NCBI RefSeq assembly: GCF_006345805.1
Contig: NW_021832855.1
Location: 1-64,000 of the forward strand
Direction of reading: 5' to 3'
Origin: Octopus sinensis
Lineage: Eukaryota
DNA: 64,000 nt
The notes under the pieces are model-generated. The model was given only the letters and a program-made list of their open reading frames with translations, was not told the DNA's origin and did not search any database. Numbering within the stretch: position 1 is the first letter of the stretch; each line of letters begins with the position of its first letter. The position numbers were made by a program, and so were the translations under genes. Positions 37,828 through 49,568 of this stretch are shown piece by piece.

Positions 37828-38224
37828 TGGAATTTTTTGATGGAAGAATGTTAGATTATGTTAAAGCAAGAAGTTTGTCTGAAAGAACTAGATGGGTCTC
37901 AGGTGGGTTGGTGCCAAAAGGGTTAACCGTTTTGTTACTCTATTTCTGTTGTAATATAATGCCTTTGTTTCAATTCAAAATAATGAAGAATTTAGTGGAA
38001 TAACTTTTTCTTGATAATCTTGTGTTTGGAACATGAATTAACATGAAATTTTAATGGAAGGTTTTAATTTAGGCCTTTTATCACTTCAAAATTATAAACT
38101 TTGTCACATGGAACCAGGAGGAATCTCAGGCAGAGTTGGTATCAAAAAAGGTTACTAAGGAATTAATAATAATATAAATAAATAAAATGGAAATTTTTTT
38201 TGAAAAATAGTTTTTTTTCTTCCA

Positions 38225-38230
38225 TTTATT
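38225..38230 (-). promoter_or_regulatory. Candidate AATAAA polyadenylation signal of the ASB-like gene
   Basis: AATAAA on the minus strand ~36 nt after the stop, followed by T-rich sequence. The DNA is AT-rich, so chance occurrence is possible. Confidence 0.4.
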
Positions 38231-38265
38231 TATGCGGCTTTTGTGTGTGTTTTGTAAGAACTCTC

Positions 38266-38569
38266 CTAATCTGAATATGTTAAGAATCCTTTTAGTCTGA
38301 CTGGAATCGGTAGTTCTTTGACGCAACTCAAGATCTCTCGGTCACCACGAATCCCTAACAGATAGTTCCGAATATACTGACGACAGAGACAGGACAATGT
38401 CCAAGGGGAGGATCTCATGCTTTTCAACCATTCATGGAATCGTGATTGTTCTTCTGTTTTGCCTGGTAAATCAATCCAACCTTCTTGGTTTAGGTTCCAA
38501 CCAGCTTGGACCAGAAAACGTGCAGCTTCAAAGCAACCATTCCAGACAAGCCAACAAAGTGGAGAGTTT
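38266..38569 (-). CDS. ASB-like gene, last coding exon with SOCS box
   Basis: Acceptor ttctctttctcttccacAG (38571-38570), phase 2. Encodes NSPLCWLVWNG...SSPWTLSCLCRQYIRNYLLG...VKELPIPVRLKGFLTYSD then TAG. Contains BC-box TLxxxCxxxI and Cul5-type LPxP box. Confidence 0.92.
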
Positions 38570-39268
38570 CTGTGGAAGAGAAAGAGAAACACAGATTATA
38601 TATATCATATAGATATATATATATATAAATTCAGCAAAAATTTAGATTCAAATGAATATGGTACTTAATTTAGATGCACCAGAATTTTGTATGGTGTTAT
38701 CCATAAAAATTTGTGGGGTGATTATAATCAAAATAAGCAACAAGAATGACTCCGGTAATTTGGTATTTAAGATGCTGAGTACTCATCAGCCAATTATAGA
38801 GGTTTTCCATTAATACAAAAATTTTCAAATCAAGTGGCAACATTATAGAGAAGGTAGATATACAGACAAAGATGTGGATTTAAATTTTAAGAACACATAA
38901 GGTAGTGAAGTCCTTCCACTGACTGACCAAGATATGGCTGTTCCTAACTGCTATAAGGTTAGAAGTAATAAAGATTTTTTAATTGTAGAAATGGGGTAAG
39001 GGAGGTTTCAGAATACCATAAAAGGAATTCATGTTGAAGACAGCAATTGCCACTAACAAATACCAATTACTGCTATTTGGTGAGAGAACCTAGGTCAATG
39101 TCAAATGGTTTTAATCCCATTTACAGAGATTATAATTTAGAGAAAAAAAAATGGGGGAAAAACCAATCACTTATTATTATGAGTAGGCATAGTATTTTAT
39201 AACTAGGGGAAAGCCTTATTAATTTTAAAGCTAGATTAAATTTAGAAAAAAATTCCAATTTCAATATA

Positions 39269-39523
39269 TATATTATATAGAGGGCATTATTACACATAAA
39301 TGCCACATGCTACGAGGGACTCTTAAAGTCAAAACTACTAAAATAAATAAACATATCGTATCAAATACAACTCTCAAAGAAAGTAATTTAAAAACAGAAT
39401 TCAAATGACTTGCTTTGAGAGTTGGTTTTGGTATGATGTGTTTATTTATTTTAGTAGTTTTGACTTTAAGAGTCCCTCCTAGCATGTGGCATCTATGTGT
39501 AATAATGCCCTCTATATAATATA
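39269..39523. mobile_element. Fold-back element next to (TA)n
   Basis: Arms 39269-39379 and 39413-39523 are reverse complements with few mismatches. Confidence 0.85.
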
Positions 39524-39846
39524 AATAAATAAATATATTTAAGTGAAAAAATTGATGGATTTTTTCTCTTATGAGGTCTTTCACACTAACTACTTGATAA
39601 ATTCTTATGAAGATTTTATCCTATTTTTAAATTGTATATATATATATATATATAATATATATTATTATATATATATCTACAGGGTGCTTAATGTATTGGT
39701 GAAAAGTCAATGGCATTGGAGAGCATAAAGATTAAAGTTGTAGTTGAAAGAAAGTTAGCTGACATGCTAATGATTCTACCAGTCACTGCCTTAATAATAA
39801 TAATAATAATAATAATAATGATAATAATAATAATAATAAAATAATA

Positions 39847-40396
39847 AATGCCCTGATGCAGTACCAGACAGCGGCTCTCATGGCTTCTGATCTTAACTGA
39901 TTGGAAGTGTTATCATGTACATTGTTTTGTCTTGGTATAAAAGAGGGCTACAGCAAATGTTCTGGCTCAATACCACAGACTGCTTGTCAGTTGTTTGACC
40001 TTAACCAGTTGAGCAAGTCCCTTAGTGGCTGACGATATGTGCATCTCTGATCACGAGCAGAAGTAGTGGGGGGCATCATAGCCATGTGTTGTGAGGGATT
40101 CTTTGGGGTTTGAATAATTCACTCTGGAAACAGGGTGGTTCTTTCAACATCCTTAAACAACCTTATTCAGGGACCTTTGAGTGGGATGGGCTACTCAACC
40201 TGAAGAAAATTCTAACTGGGTCCCACCTGCAAGGTCATGTGCTGTTTATCTTGATATGAGATCACCATGTCGCGAAATATGGTTGTGATGCATGTGCCTG
40301 GTGTACCCTTATCAGACGGGTAGTCATGATGGGTATATTGGGCTTCGTATATTTTACCCCAGTGTCACTTTGATGGCATGCACTGCTCTCTCACTC
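39847..40396. mobile_element. (AAT)n-flanked repeat (family H), ~550 bp
   Basis: AATGCCCTGATGCAGTACC...CTCTCTCACTC between (AAT)n runs. Confidence 0.8.
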
Positions 40397-40755
40397 AATA
40401 ATAATAATAATAATAAATAATAATAATGATAATAATAATAATAATAATAATAATAGTTTCAAATTTTGGCACAAGGCCAGCATTTCAAATGGGGAGAAAA
40501 ATATCGAAAAAAATCAATACATGTCAGTGCTGATAAGTATCTAAGTGCTGATATCATGACTGCTGCTCAATGCTCTCTGTTACACAGTAAAGGCTGTAAG
40601 ATGGAACAGACAGGGAGTCTGCCTGAGTTGAACTTCTTCCCTGTATCGCTTGAACTTTATTTATATATATATATACATAATGCCACTAAGCCTTTTGCCC
40701 AGATTGCTAACGACTCTGCCAGTTTGCAGCCTTAATAATAATAATTTGCTCTTTC

Positions 40756-40958
40756 TACTCTTTTACTTGTTTCGGTCATTTGACTGCGGCCATGCTGGAG
40801 CAGTGCCTTTAGTCGAGCAAATCGACCCCGAGACTTATTCTTTGTAAGCCCAGTACTTATTCTATCGTTCTCTTTTGCCGAACCGCTAAGTGACGGGGAC
40901 GTAAACACACCAGCATCGGTTGTCAAGCAATGCTAGGGGGACAAACACAGACACACAA

Positions 40959-40990
<32 letters not shown>

Positions 40991-41157
40991 TTATACGACA
41001 GGCTTCTTTCAGTTTCCGTCTACCAAATCCACTCACAAGGCATTGGTCGGCCTGGGGCTATAGCAGAAGACACTTGCCCAAGATGACATTCAGTGGGACT
41101 GAACCCGGAACCATGTGGTTGGTTAGCAAGCTACTTACCACACAGCCACTCCTGCGA
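40756..41157 (-). mobile_element. SINE A, full length
   Basis: Family A sequence. Confidence 0.9.
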
Positions 41158-42570
41158 ATAATAATAATAATAATCCTTTCTACTCTAAGCACAAGGCCTG
41201 AAATTTTGGGGGAGGGTGAAGTCAATCACATCGGACCCCAGTGCGTGACTGGTATTTAATTTATCAACCCTGGAAAAAAGAAAGGCAAAGTTGACCCCAG
41301 TGGAATTTGAACTCAGAATGTAAAGCGGGACGAAATACCTATTTCTTTACTACCCACAAGGGGCTAAACAGAGAGGGGACAAACAAGGACAGACAAACGG
41401 ATTAAGTCGATTATATCGACCTCAGTGCGTAACTGGTACTTATTTAATTGACCCTGAAAGGATGAAAGGCAAAGTCAACCTCGGCGGAATTTGAACTCAG
41501 AACGTACCGGCAGACGAAATACCTATTTCTTTACTACCCACAAGGGGCTAAACACAGAGAGGACAAACAAGGACAGACAAATGGATTAAGTCGATTATAT
41601 CATTGAACCAATCCTATGACTGGCACCCGGCAGTTGCCAGGGCCGCTAGACTGACCTCTGTGCAGGTGGCAAGTAAAGAAACACCGTTTCGACCCTGTGC
41701 CTGAGGAGATCCATTGAGTCAAGTACATCAACATCAAAAATCAAATGGAAACCGCAGCTGTGATCCCTGTGCCTGTGGCACGTAAAAAGCACCATCCGAA
41801 CGTGGCCTTGACAGGCTTCTGTGCCGGTGGCACATAAAAAGGACCAATCCAATCATGGCCGTTTGCCAGCCTCCCCTGGCACCTGTGCCGGTGGCACATA
41901 AAAAGCACCCACTACACTCACGGAGTGGTTGGCATTAGGAAGAGCATCCAGCTGTAGAAACACTGCCAGATCAGACTGGAGTTTGGTGCAGCCTTCTGGC
42001 TTCCCAGACCCCGGTCGAACCGTCCAACCCATGCTAGCATGGAAAACGGACGTTAAATGATGATGATGATGATGATGATATCGACCCCAGTGCGTAACTG
42101 GTACTTATTTAATCAACCCCGAAAGGATGAAAGGCAAAGTCGACCTCGGCGGAATTTGAACTCAGAACATAACGGCAGACGAAATACCTATTTCTTTACT
42201 ACCCACAAAGAGGACAAACAAGGACAGACAAACGTATTAAGTTGATTACATCAATCCCAGTGCATAACTTGTACTTAATTTATTGACCCCCGAAAGGATG
42301 AAAGGCAAAGTTGACCTCGGCAGAATTTGAACTCAGAACATAGCGGCAGATGAAATACCTATATCTTTACTACCCACAAGGGGCTAAACAGAGAGAAGGC
42401 AAACAGATTAAGTCGATTATATTGACCCCAGTGCATAACTGGTAATTATTTAATCGACCCCCGAAAGGATGAAAGGCAAAGTCAACCTCAGCGAAATTTG
42501 AACTCAGAACGTAACCGCAGACGAGATACCACTAAGCATTTTGGCCAGCCTGCTAACAATTCTACCCACA
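41158..42570 (-). mobile_element. SINE B pentamer interrupted by a family E insertion (41601-42079, +)
   Basis: Four GAAATACCTA-type unit junctions (~41340, 41522, 42187, 42360). The unit sequence resumes exactly across the insertion. Confidence 0.85.
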
Positions 42571-42988
42571 ACACACCTTAATAACAACAAGAACAATAAA
42601 AAAACTATACAAAAAATATTTTTAAAAAAACAGTCAATATGGGAACGAGAAACACAAAAGGAAATATCTCGTTAATGGAAACTACAAATTGATTACAACT
42701 GCACATATTTTATGTCTGGGCACCTAAGTATATCTCGGTGCTTTGACCTACATTGTATTTGGCCATCTACCAGAACTTACCTGAACTTACCTAAACCCAT
42801 AGTTAATTAATTACCTCATATTAATTACCTGATCTTATTCAACGAAAGCAATTATATTTCCTCAATGAACATATTTTTTTTTCCCATTTTTTTTGTTTGT
42901 TTATTTTTGTTTTGCCTTTTTTTTTTTGTTTGCATAATTACTTCCCTGCAACCTTGGCGCATTCTTGCCTTTCACTGAGGGAGCCGAG

Positions 42989-43025
<37 letters not shown>

Positions 43026-43183
43026 CTCTCTCTCCTTTCTCTCTCTCTCTTTCTCTCTCTCCTATGCAGTCATTGGATATGACCTGCCCCTTCCTGCACA
43101 ATAATCATGCTTTTGACTGAGGAAGTGTCTCCTATGTGGTCAATAAAAACGCTAGAAATAGCAACCAAATCTATGTATTTATA

Positions 43184-43607
43184 GGCGCAGGAGTGGCTGT
43201 GTGGTAAGTAGCTTGCTTACCAACCACATGGTTCCGGGTTCAGTCCCACTGCATGGCACCTTGGGTAAGTGTCTTCTACTATAGCCTCGGGCCGACCAAT
43301 GCCTTGTGAGTGGATTTGGTAGACGGAAACTGAAAGAAGCCCATCGTATATATGTATATATATATATATATGTGTGTATGTGTGTGTGTATGTTTGTGTG
43401 TCTGTGTTTGTCCCCCTAGCATTGCTTGACAACTGATGCTGGTGTATTTATGTCCCCGTTACTTAGTGGTTCAGCAAAAGAGACCGATAGAATAAGTACT
43501 GGGCTTACAAAGAATAAGTCCTGGGGTCGATTTGTTCGACTAAAGGCGGTGCTCCAGCATGGCCGCAGTCAAATGACTGAAACAAGTAAAAAGTGTAAAG
43601 AGAGTAT
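43184..43607 (+). mobile_element. SINE A, full length
   Basis: Family A sequence. Confidence 0.9.
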
Positions 43608-43864
43608 TTCATATCCAGTGTAACGGTACCAATTGATTCTGGGATGTATTTAGCAGCATCTGCTGCATCCTTTCGCTGCATCCTTTCACTGCATCCTTGT
43701 TTTCAACTGAGGAACCTTCTCTGACATGAGCAATAAAAATGCTAGAAATAACAACCAAATTATTTAGTGCCCAGCAAGATGCCATCATTTGGTTCTACTT
43801 ACCTTAGACTGAGAGAGAGCCTCTACTATGTGGTCAATGGAAATGCTAGAAATAGCAACCAAAT

Positions 43865-44100
43865 GGTGGTGGTGGCGGTGGAGGAGGAGGGGGAGGGGGA
43901 GGGGGGAGGAGAAAGTGGACAAGGAAGAGGTGAAAGAGGAAGAAGACGAGGAAGAGCACATGGAAGAGGTGAAAAAAGAAGACGAGGAAGAGCACATGGG
44001 GGAGGAGGGGAGGAGGAAGAGGAGGAGGAGAAGAAGAAGGGAGGAGGAGAAGAAGAAGGGAGGAGGAGGAGGGGGGAGGAGAGAAAAGAAAGAAAGTAGC
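43865..44100. repeat. Purine-rich (GGA/GAA)n low-complexity tract
   Basis: Seen directly; intronic, just downstream of the 44163 donor. Confidence 0.9.
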
Positions 44101-44162
44101 ATCAGCAAGAATTACCTGATATGCAAAAAACCCCGGCAAAACTGCCCAGTGGCCAAACTTAC

Positions 44163-44358
44163 CTGTTCGGACTGTGGTGTGATACTTTGGCACCAGCGCC
44201 AATAAGGATCCGGAGAGAGGAGACAGGTACCACCTGCCCCATAACACAGGTGCACGCTGTAGAATGCAGAGGTGTGAAGCCACGACTGTCTTGGCAGTTG
44301 ATGTAGGCACCAAATTCTAGCAAGCGGCTGATTATCCTATCAGATTCTTCACGGCTAC
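44163..44358 (-). CDS. ASB-like gene, internal 196-nt exon (ankyrin repeats)
   Basis: Pyrimidine tract plus TAG acceptor (44360-44359) and GTAAGT donor (44162). Phase 1 in and phase 2 out match both neighbours. Encodes (C)SREESDRIISRLLEFGAYINCQDSRGFTPLHSTACTCVMGQVVPVSSLRILIGAGAKVSHHSPN(R). This frame is absent from the ORF track. Confidence 0.9.
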
Positions 44359-44409
44359 CTACAGCAGGGATTGAAACAGAAAGAATTTCAGTAAGAGTTT
44401 TACTTTCAC

Positions 44410-44755
44410 ATCATCATTATCATCATCAACAACATCATCATCATAACTACCAATACCACCACCACCATCACCACCATCATCATCATCATCGTTATCATGA
44501 TCATCATAACTACCAATACCATCATCATCATCGGCATCATCATCATAACAACCAATACCATCATCATCATCATCATCATCGTCATCATTGTCATCATCAT
44601 CATCGTCATCATCATCATCGTCATCATCATCATCATCATCATTGTCATCATCGACATGATCATCATCATCGTCATCCTCCTCATCATCATCATTATCATC
44701 ATCATCGTCATCATCATCATCATAACTACCAATACCATCATCATCATCATCAACA
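44410..44755. repeat. (CAT)n microsatellite
   Basis: Seen directly. Confidence 0.97.
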
Positions 44756-45012
44756 ATGCTGTTGTTATTTTAAGGCCCACCTTTCCTATGCTCACATAGA
44801 CCAAACAGAATTCGTTGAGCCAGATTTTCTACAGCAGGATGCCCATCCTGTCACCAACCCTCACCTGCTTCCAGGCAAGGTAATATTTCTGGAAGACTGG
44901 AAAAGAACAACACTGGTTGTATGACAGGGATGCTTGTTTACAATTATCATGAGATGCCACAACAAGGAGACACACAAACACACATGTATATATGTATATA
45001 TATGCATGTGTA

Positions 45013-45049
<37 letters not shown>

Positions 45050-45052
<3 letters not shown>

Positions 45053-45735
45053 ATCATCATCGTTTAATGTCTACTTTCCATGCTGGCATGGGTTGGATGG
45101 TTTGACTGAGGATTGGTGAACCAGATGACTGCACCAGGCTCCAGTCTGATCTGGCAGAGTTTCTACAGCTGTACGCCCTTCCTAACACCAACCAATCTGA
45201 GAGTGTAGTGGGTGCTTTTACGTGCCACCAGCTTGAGGGCCAGTCAGGTGGTTCTGGGAATGACCACACTCAAAAGGTGTTTTTTATGTGTTTTTTACTG
45301 CACAGAAGCCAGTCAGTGGCACTGGCAACACCCATGCTCAAATGTTGTTTATCACGTGCCACCGGCACACACGCTGGTAAGGTGACGCTGACAACAACCA
45401 TGCTCAAATGGTGCTTTTTACATGTCTCCGGCACAGGAGTCAATCAGGGGCCCTGGCAACAATCACGCTTGGTTGTGCTTTTAATGTTCCACTGGCATGG
45501 GTGCCAATCAGGCAGTACTGTCAGCCACGTCAGCACTTTTGATTTTGATTTCACTTGCCTCAACAGATCTTTGCAAGCAAAGTTTATTGTCCAATGAATT
45601 AGGGGTATTCATAAATGGGCTGTTTACACCCACTGGCATAGGCCATGCGCTATGGTCTCACTTGGCTTGTCAGATCTTCTTAAGCACAACATACCTCCAA
45701 AGGTCTCGGTCACTAGTCATTGCTTCAGTAAGGCC
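45050..45735 (-). mobile_element. Family E RTE 3'-UTR copy, long form
   Basis: Includes CACTTGCCTCAACAG (the reverse complement of CTGTTGAGGCAAGTG at ~4966). Confidence 0.8.
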
Positions 45736-45917
45736 CAATATATAGAAGTAAATATATGGTACAACAAAGTACCGATATTTACTGGAAAATAGCGAACGTA
45801 ATAATTACGGGCTATTCTTTACTGGAAAGCAATACTCTCGTATTGCATTACTATTTTTATATATATATATATGTATGTATATACATACACACACACATAT
45901 TTAATTTCCACATACAT

Positions 45918-45955
<38 letters not shown>

Positions 45956-46369
45956 CACACACACACATACATACATACTACAGTTCCAATCCCTCACTGG
46001 AACTGTAAAAATCTGTAAAACTTTCCAGAAGTTCATCATTTAAATATATATGAGCATGCCTGGATATGCAACTATATGCATGAGAATACATACATACAAA
46101 CATACAGATCTGCACATGCACAAACACACACACACACACACACACGCACATGCACACGCACACACACACACACATACAAAAACACCTTGATGTTGATGTT
46201 GAAATTCCAATGAAGGAGCCTTTGATTTAGGTTAGAAACCAGTTCTTCTATTGGCAAGAAATTGTGCAATAAACTGAATAATGACAGACATACAGACATA
46301 TATACATACATGTATATATATGCATGTATGTATATAGTTCACATACAGTTAGTGACTCTGCAAAGAAAA

Positions 46370-46709
46370 AGGCCTGGAAGTGCCGCTATGAAAGGCTACT
46401 AAATGTAGAGAACTGATGGGAGAAGGAGAGTCTGCCTAATGTGGAACCAAGAGAGGGACCAGCAACCTGAATAGACAGTAGCATAGTAGGAAAGACCCCC
46501 AGCCCCTCAGGGGTCATTGTTGAGATGCATGAAATATTGAGCAGTGCAGGTTATGATCTAATCATCCGAACAGTTAATCGGATTGTCCACAAAAGAATCA
46601 GCAGCATTGTAGTCAACTGCTACAAAAGGTAAAGGTGGTGCTTTAGACAGAAATAATTACAGAGGCATCAAACTGTTGGACCAGGTGATGGAAGTTACAG
46701 AGAGGGTCA
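46370..46709 (+). mobile_element. Decayed internal fragment of the same RTE-like LINE as 3120-3515
   Basis: Aligns to W.CHYERLLN...NYRGIKLLDQVM.VTERV; ends at GAGGGTCAT. Confidence 0.8.
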
Positions 46710-47375
46710 TCATCATCATCATCATCATCATCATCGTTTAACGTCCGTTTTCCATGCTAGCATGGGTTGGATGGTTTGACTGGGGTCTGGAAAGCCAGGA
46801 GGCTGCACCAGTCCCTAGTCTGATCTAGCAATGTTTCTACAGCTGGATGCCCTTCCTAATGCCAACCACTTCGTGTGTGTAGTGGGTGCTTTTTATGTGC
46901 CACCGACACAGGTGCCAGGCGAGGCTGGCAATAGCCACAATCGGTTGGTGCTTTTTACATGCCACCAAAGCCAGTCGAGAGTGTAGTGGGTGCTTTTTAC
47001 GTGCCACTGGCACAGGGGTCAGTCAGGCAGTATTGGCAATGACCTCGCTCGAATCTTTTTACACATGCCACTGGCACATGTGCCAGTAAGGCAATGCTGG
47101 TAATGATCACGCTTGAATGGTGTCTTTTACGTGCCATTGGCACAGAAACCCATTAGCCGCTCTGGCAACGATCACTCTCGGATGGTGCTCTTGGCACCCT
47201 ACTAGCATGGGTACAAGTGCCAGTAAGGTGACGCTGGTAATGATCACGCTCGAGTGGTGCCTTTTAAGTGCCACTGGCATAGAAGCCGGTTAGCCGCTCT
47301 GTCAATGATCACACTCGTATGGTGCTCTTAGCGCTCCACTAGCACGGACGCCAATCATCGAATTTGATTGATTTG
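46708..47375 (-). mobile_element. Family E RTE 3'-UTR copy, long form
   Basis: (CAT)n tail and several GTGCCAC...GCAATGATCAC repeats. Confidence 0.85.
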
Positions 47376-47853
47376 TATGTATGTCTCTATGTTTGTGCTG
47401 TTCTCCAGCCCACAAACACTTGGCAACCAGTGTTGGTTTGTTCACATCCCCAAAACTTAGTAGTTAGGCAATCAAATGTCAATATTAGAGTGTGTGATTT
47501 GAGGAACTTCAACTGCTATTTCTAACAAATCCACCGACCACATAGAGGCTCATCTAAGATGTTGCCCTCCAACAGAGCTGTCAGTCAATATCGAGTGATT
47601 AATTAATTAATAACAAAGTGACAAAAAGTGGATTGTGTTATTATGGGGATGGGAGGGGGGAAGAACCTCCCACTAATTAATGACCTCAGCTGACCTGACA
47701 CAACCTAATGACCTATTTTTTGACAGGTCAACAGTCTCTTAGATCTGCAGAGGTGGTTTTATAACAGATTCTTTCAGAAAATCTTCACCCTTGTTATTAA
47801 GAAGATAGCTGTTGCTGCTGCTGCTGCTGCTACTACTACTACTACTACTACTA

Positions 47854-47897
<44 letters not shown>

Positions 47898-47974
47898 TTA
47901 ATGGACTCCTGCTGAAAACGACATATGAGCATTAAGTTTTTTTGCCAAACGACCTACACAAATGATTTGCTTAT

Positions 47975-48592
47975 ACTCTCTTTCCTTGTTTCAGTCATTT
48001 GACTGTGGTCATGCTGGAGCAACACCTTTAGTCGAGCAAATCGACCCCAGGACTTATTCTTTGTAAGCCTAGTACTTATTCTATCAGTCTCTTTTGCCCA
48101 ACCACTAAGTTACAGGGACGTAAACACACCAGCATCGGTTGTTAAGCGATGTTGTGGGGACAAACACAGACACACAAACATATATATACATATATACGAC
48201 GGGCTTCTTTCAGTTTCCTTCTACCAAATCCACTCACAAGGCTTTGGTCGGCCCGAGTCTATAGTAGAAGACACAGAAACGGTAGCAAGCTGGGCGAAAT
48301 GCGTAGCCATATTTCGTCTGCTGTTATGTTCTGGGTTCAAATTCCGCCAAGGTCGATTTTGCCTTTCATCCTTTTGGAGTCAATAAATTAAGTACCAGTT
48401 ACACACTGGGGTCGATGTAATCGACTTAATCCGTTTTTCTGTCCTTGTTTGTCCCGTCTGTGTTTAGACCCTTGTGGGTAGTAAAGAAATATATAGTAGA
48501 AGACACTTGCCCAAGGTGCCAGGCAGTGGGACTGAACCTGGAACCCTGTGGTTGGTAAGCAAGCTACTTACCACACAGCCACTCCTATGCCT
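47975..48592 (-). mobile_element. SINE A containing a 5'-truncated SINE B (48275-48491, +)
   Basis: 15-bp TSD TATAGTAGAAGACAC at 48260-48274 and 48492-48506. Confidence 0.9.
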
Positions 48593-49031
48593 ATAGTGAT
48601 TAAATGTTCATGCTGTACATTAGCTCACTCCTTCAATCAAATCGATGTTGTCTGGACAGGTGCACAAGTGTACCACGCATCAGGTGTCCAAGTGATCACA
48701 GAGGAACGTGAGACAAAGTGTTTTGCTCAAGAGCTCAATGCACCACCCAGTCTAGGAACTGAAACCACAACCTTGCAATCGTGAGTGCAACACCAGGCCT
48801 TCGACTTTTGGTACAAGGCCAGCAAGTTCGGAGGATGGGGAGTAAGTCGATTACATCAATCACAGTACTCAACTGGTAATTAATTAATCAACCCCAAAAG
48901 AATGGAAGGCAAAGATGACCACAGTGGGATTTGAACTCAGAACATAAAGAGCCAGGAGAAAGCATTTTGCCTGGTGTGCTAACAATCCTGCCAGCTTGCA
49001 GTCTATTTTTAATAACACTGTGTAATAACTA

Positions 49032-49124
49032 CGTGGCACCTTGGCCAAGTGTCTTCTACTATAGCCTCAGGCCGACCAAAACCTTGTGAGTGGATTTGGT
49101 AGACAGAAACTGAAAGAAGCCCGT

Positions 49125-49175
<51 letters not shown>

Positions 49176-49390
49176 GTGTCTGTGTTTGTCCCCTTAGCAT
49201 TGCTTGACAACCGATGCTGGTGTGTTTATGTCCCCGTTACTTAGCAGTTCAGCAAAAAAGAGACTGATAGAATAAGTACTGGGCTTACAAAAGAATAAGT
49301 CTCGGGGTCGATTTGCTCGATTAAAGGCGGTGCTCCAGCATAGCCACAGTCAAATGACTGAAACAAGTAAAAACAGTAAAAAGAGAGAGT
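49032..49390 (+). mobile_element. SINE A, 5'-truncated
   Basis: Family A sequence. Confidence 0.88.
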
Positions 49391-49568
49391 AACATTTTTA
49401 TTTTTATTCCTTTTGTCAGAGTTATTTACCATTTGTTTCTATCCAGAAAGCAAAGAAAATGACTACTAACCCTTCAAACTTTGCTTTTGTTCCTTGGAAA
49501 CTAACCAATTTTCTATCACATTTCACACAGATTCAGCACCAAGTTGCTGAAACAGGAATATCGTTAGA

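Larger units (their letters stand above)
34290..38155 (+). mobile_element. Head-to-tail concatemer of six ~210-bp TTAA-MITE units, three carrying later insertions
   Basis: Junctions GGG/TGG-TTAA-CC at 36562, 36774, 37289 and 37923, plus a degenerate one (TTGA) at ~34493; homologous interiors. Confidence 0.75.

Noticed and set aside
39847-39870. Hammerhead core at CCCTGATGCAGT
   Set aside because: It reads CTGATGC rather than CTGANGA, with no stem II or GAAA partner.
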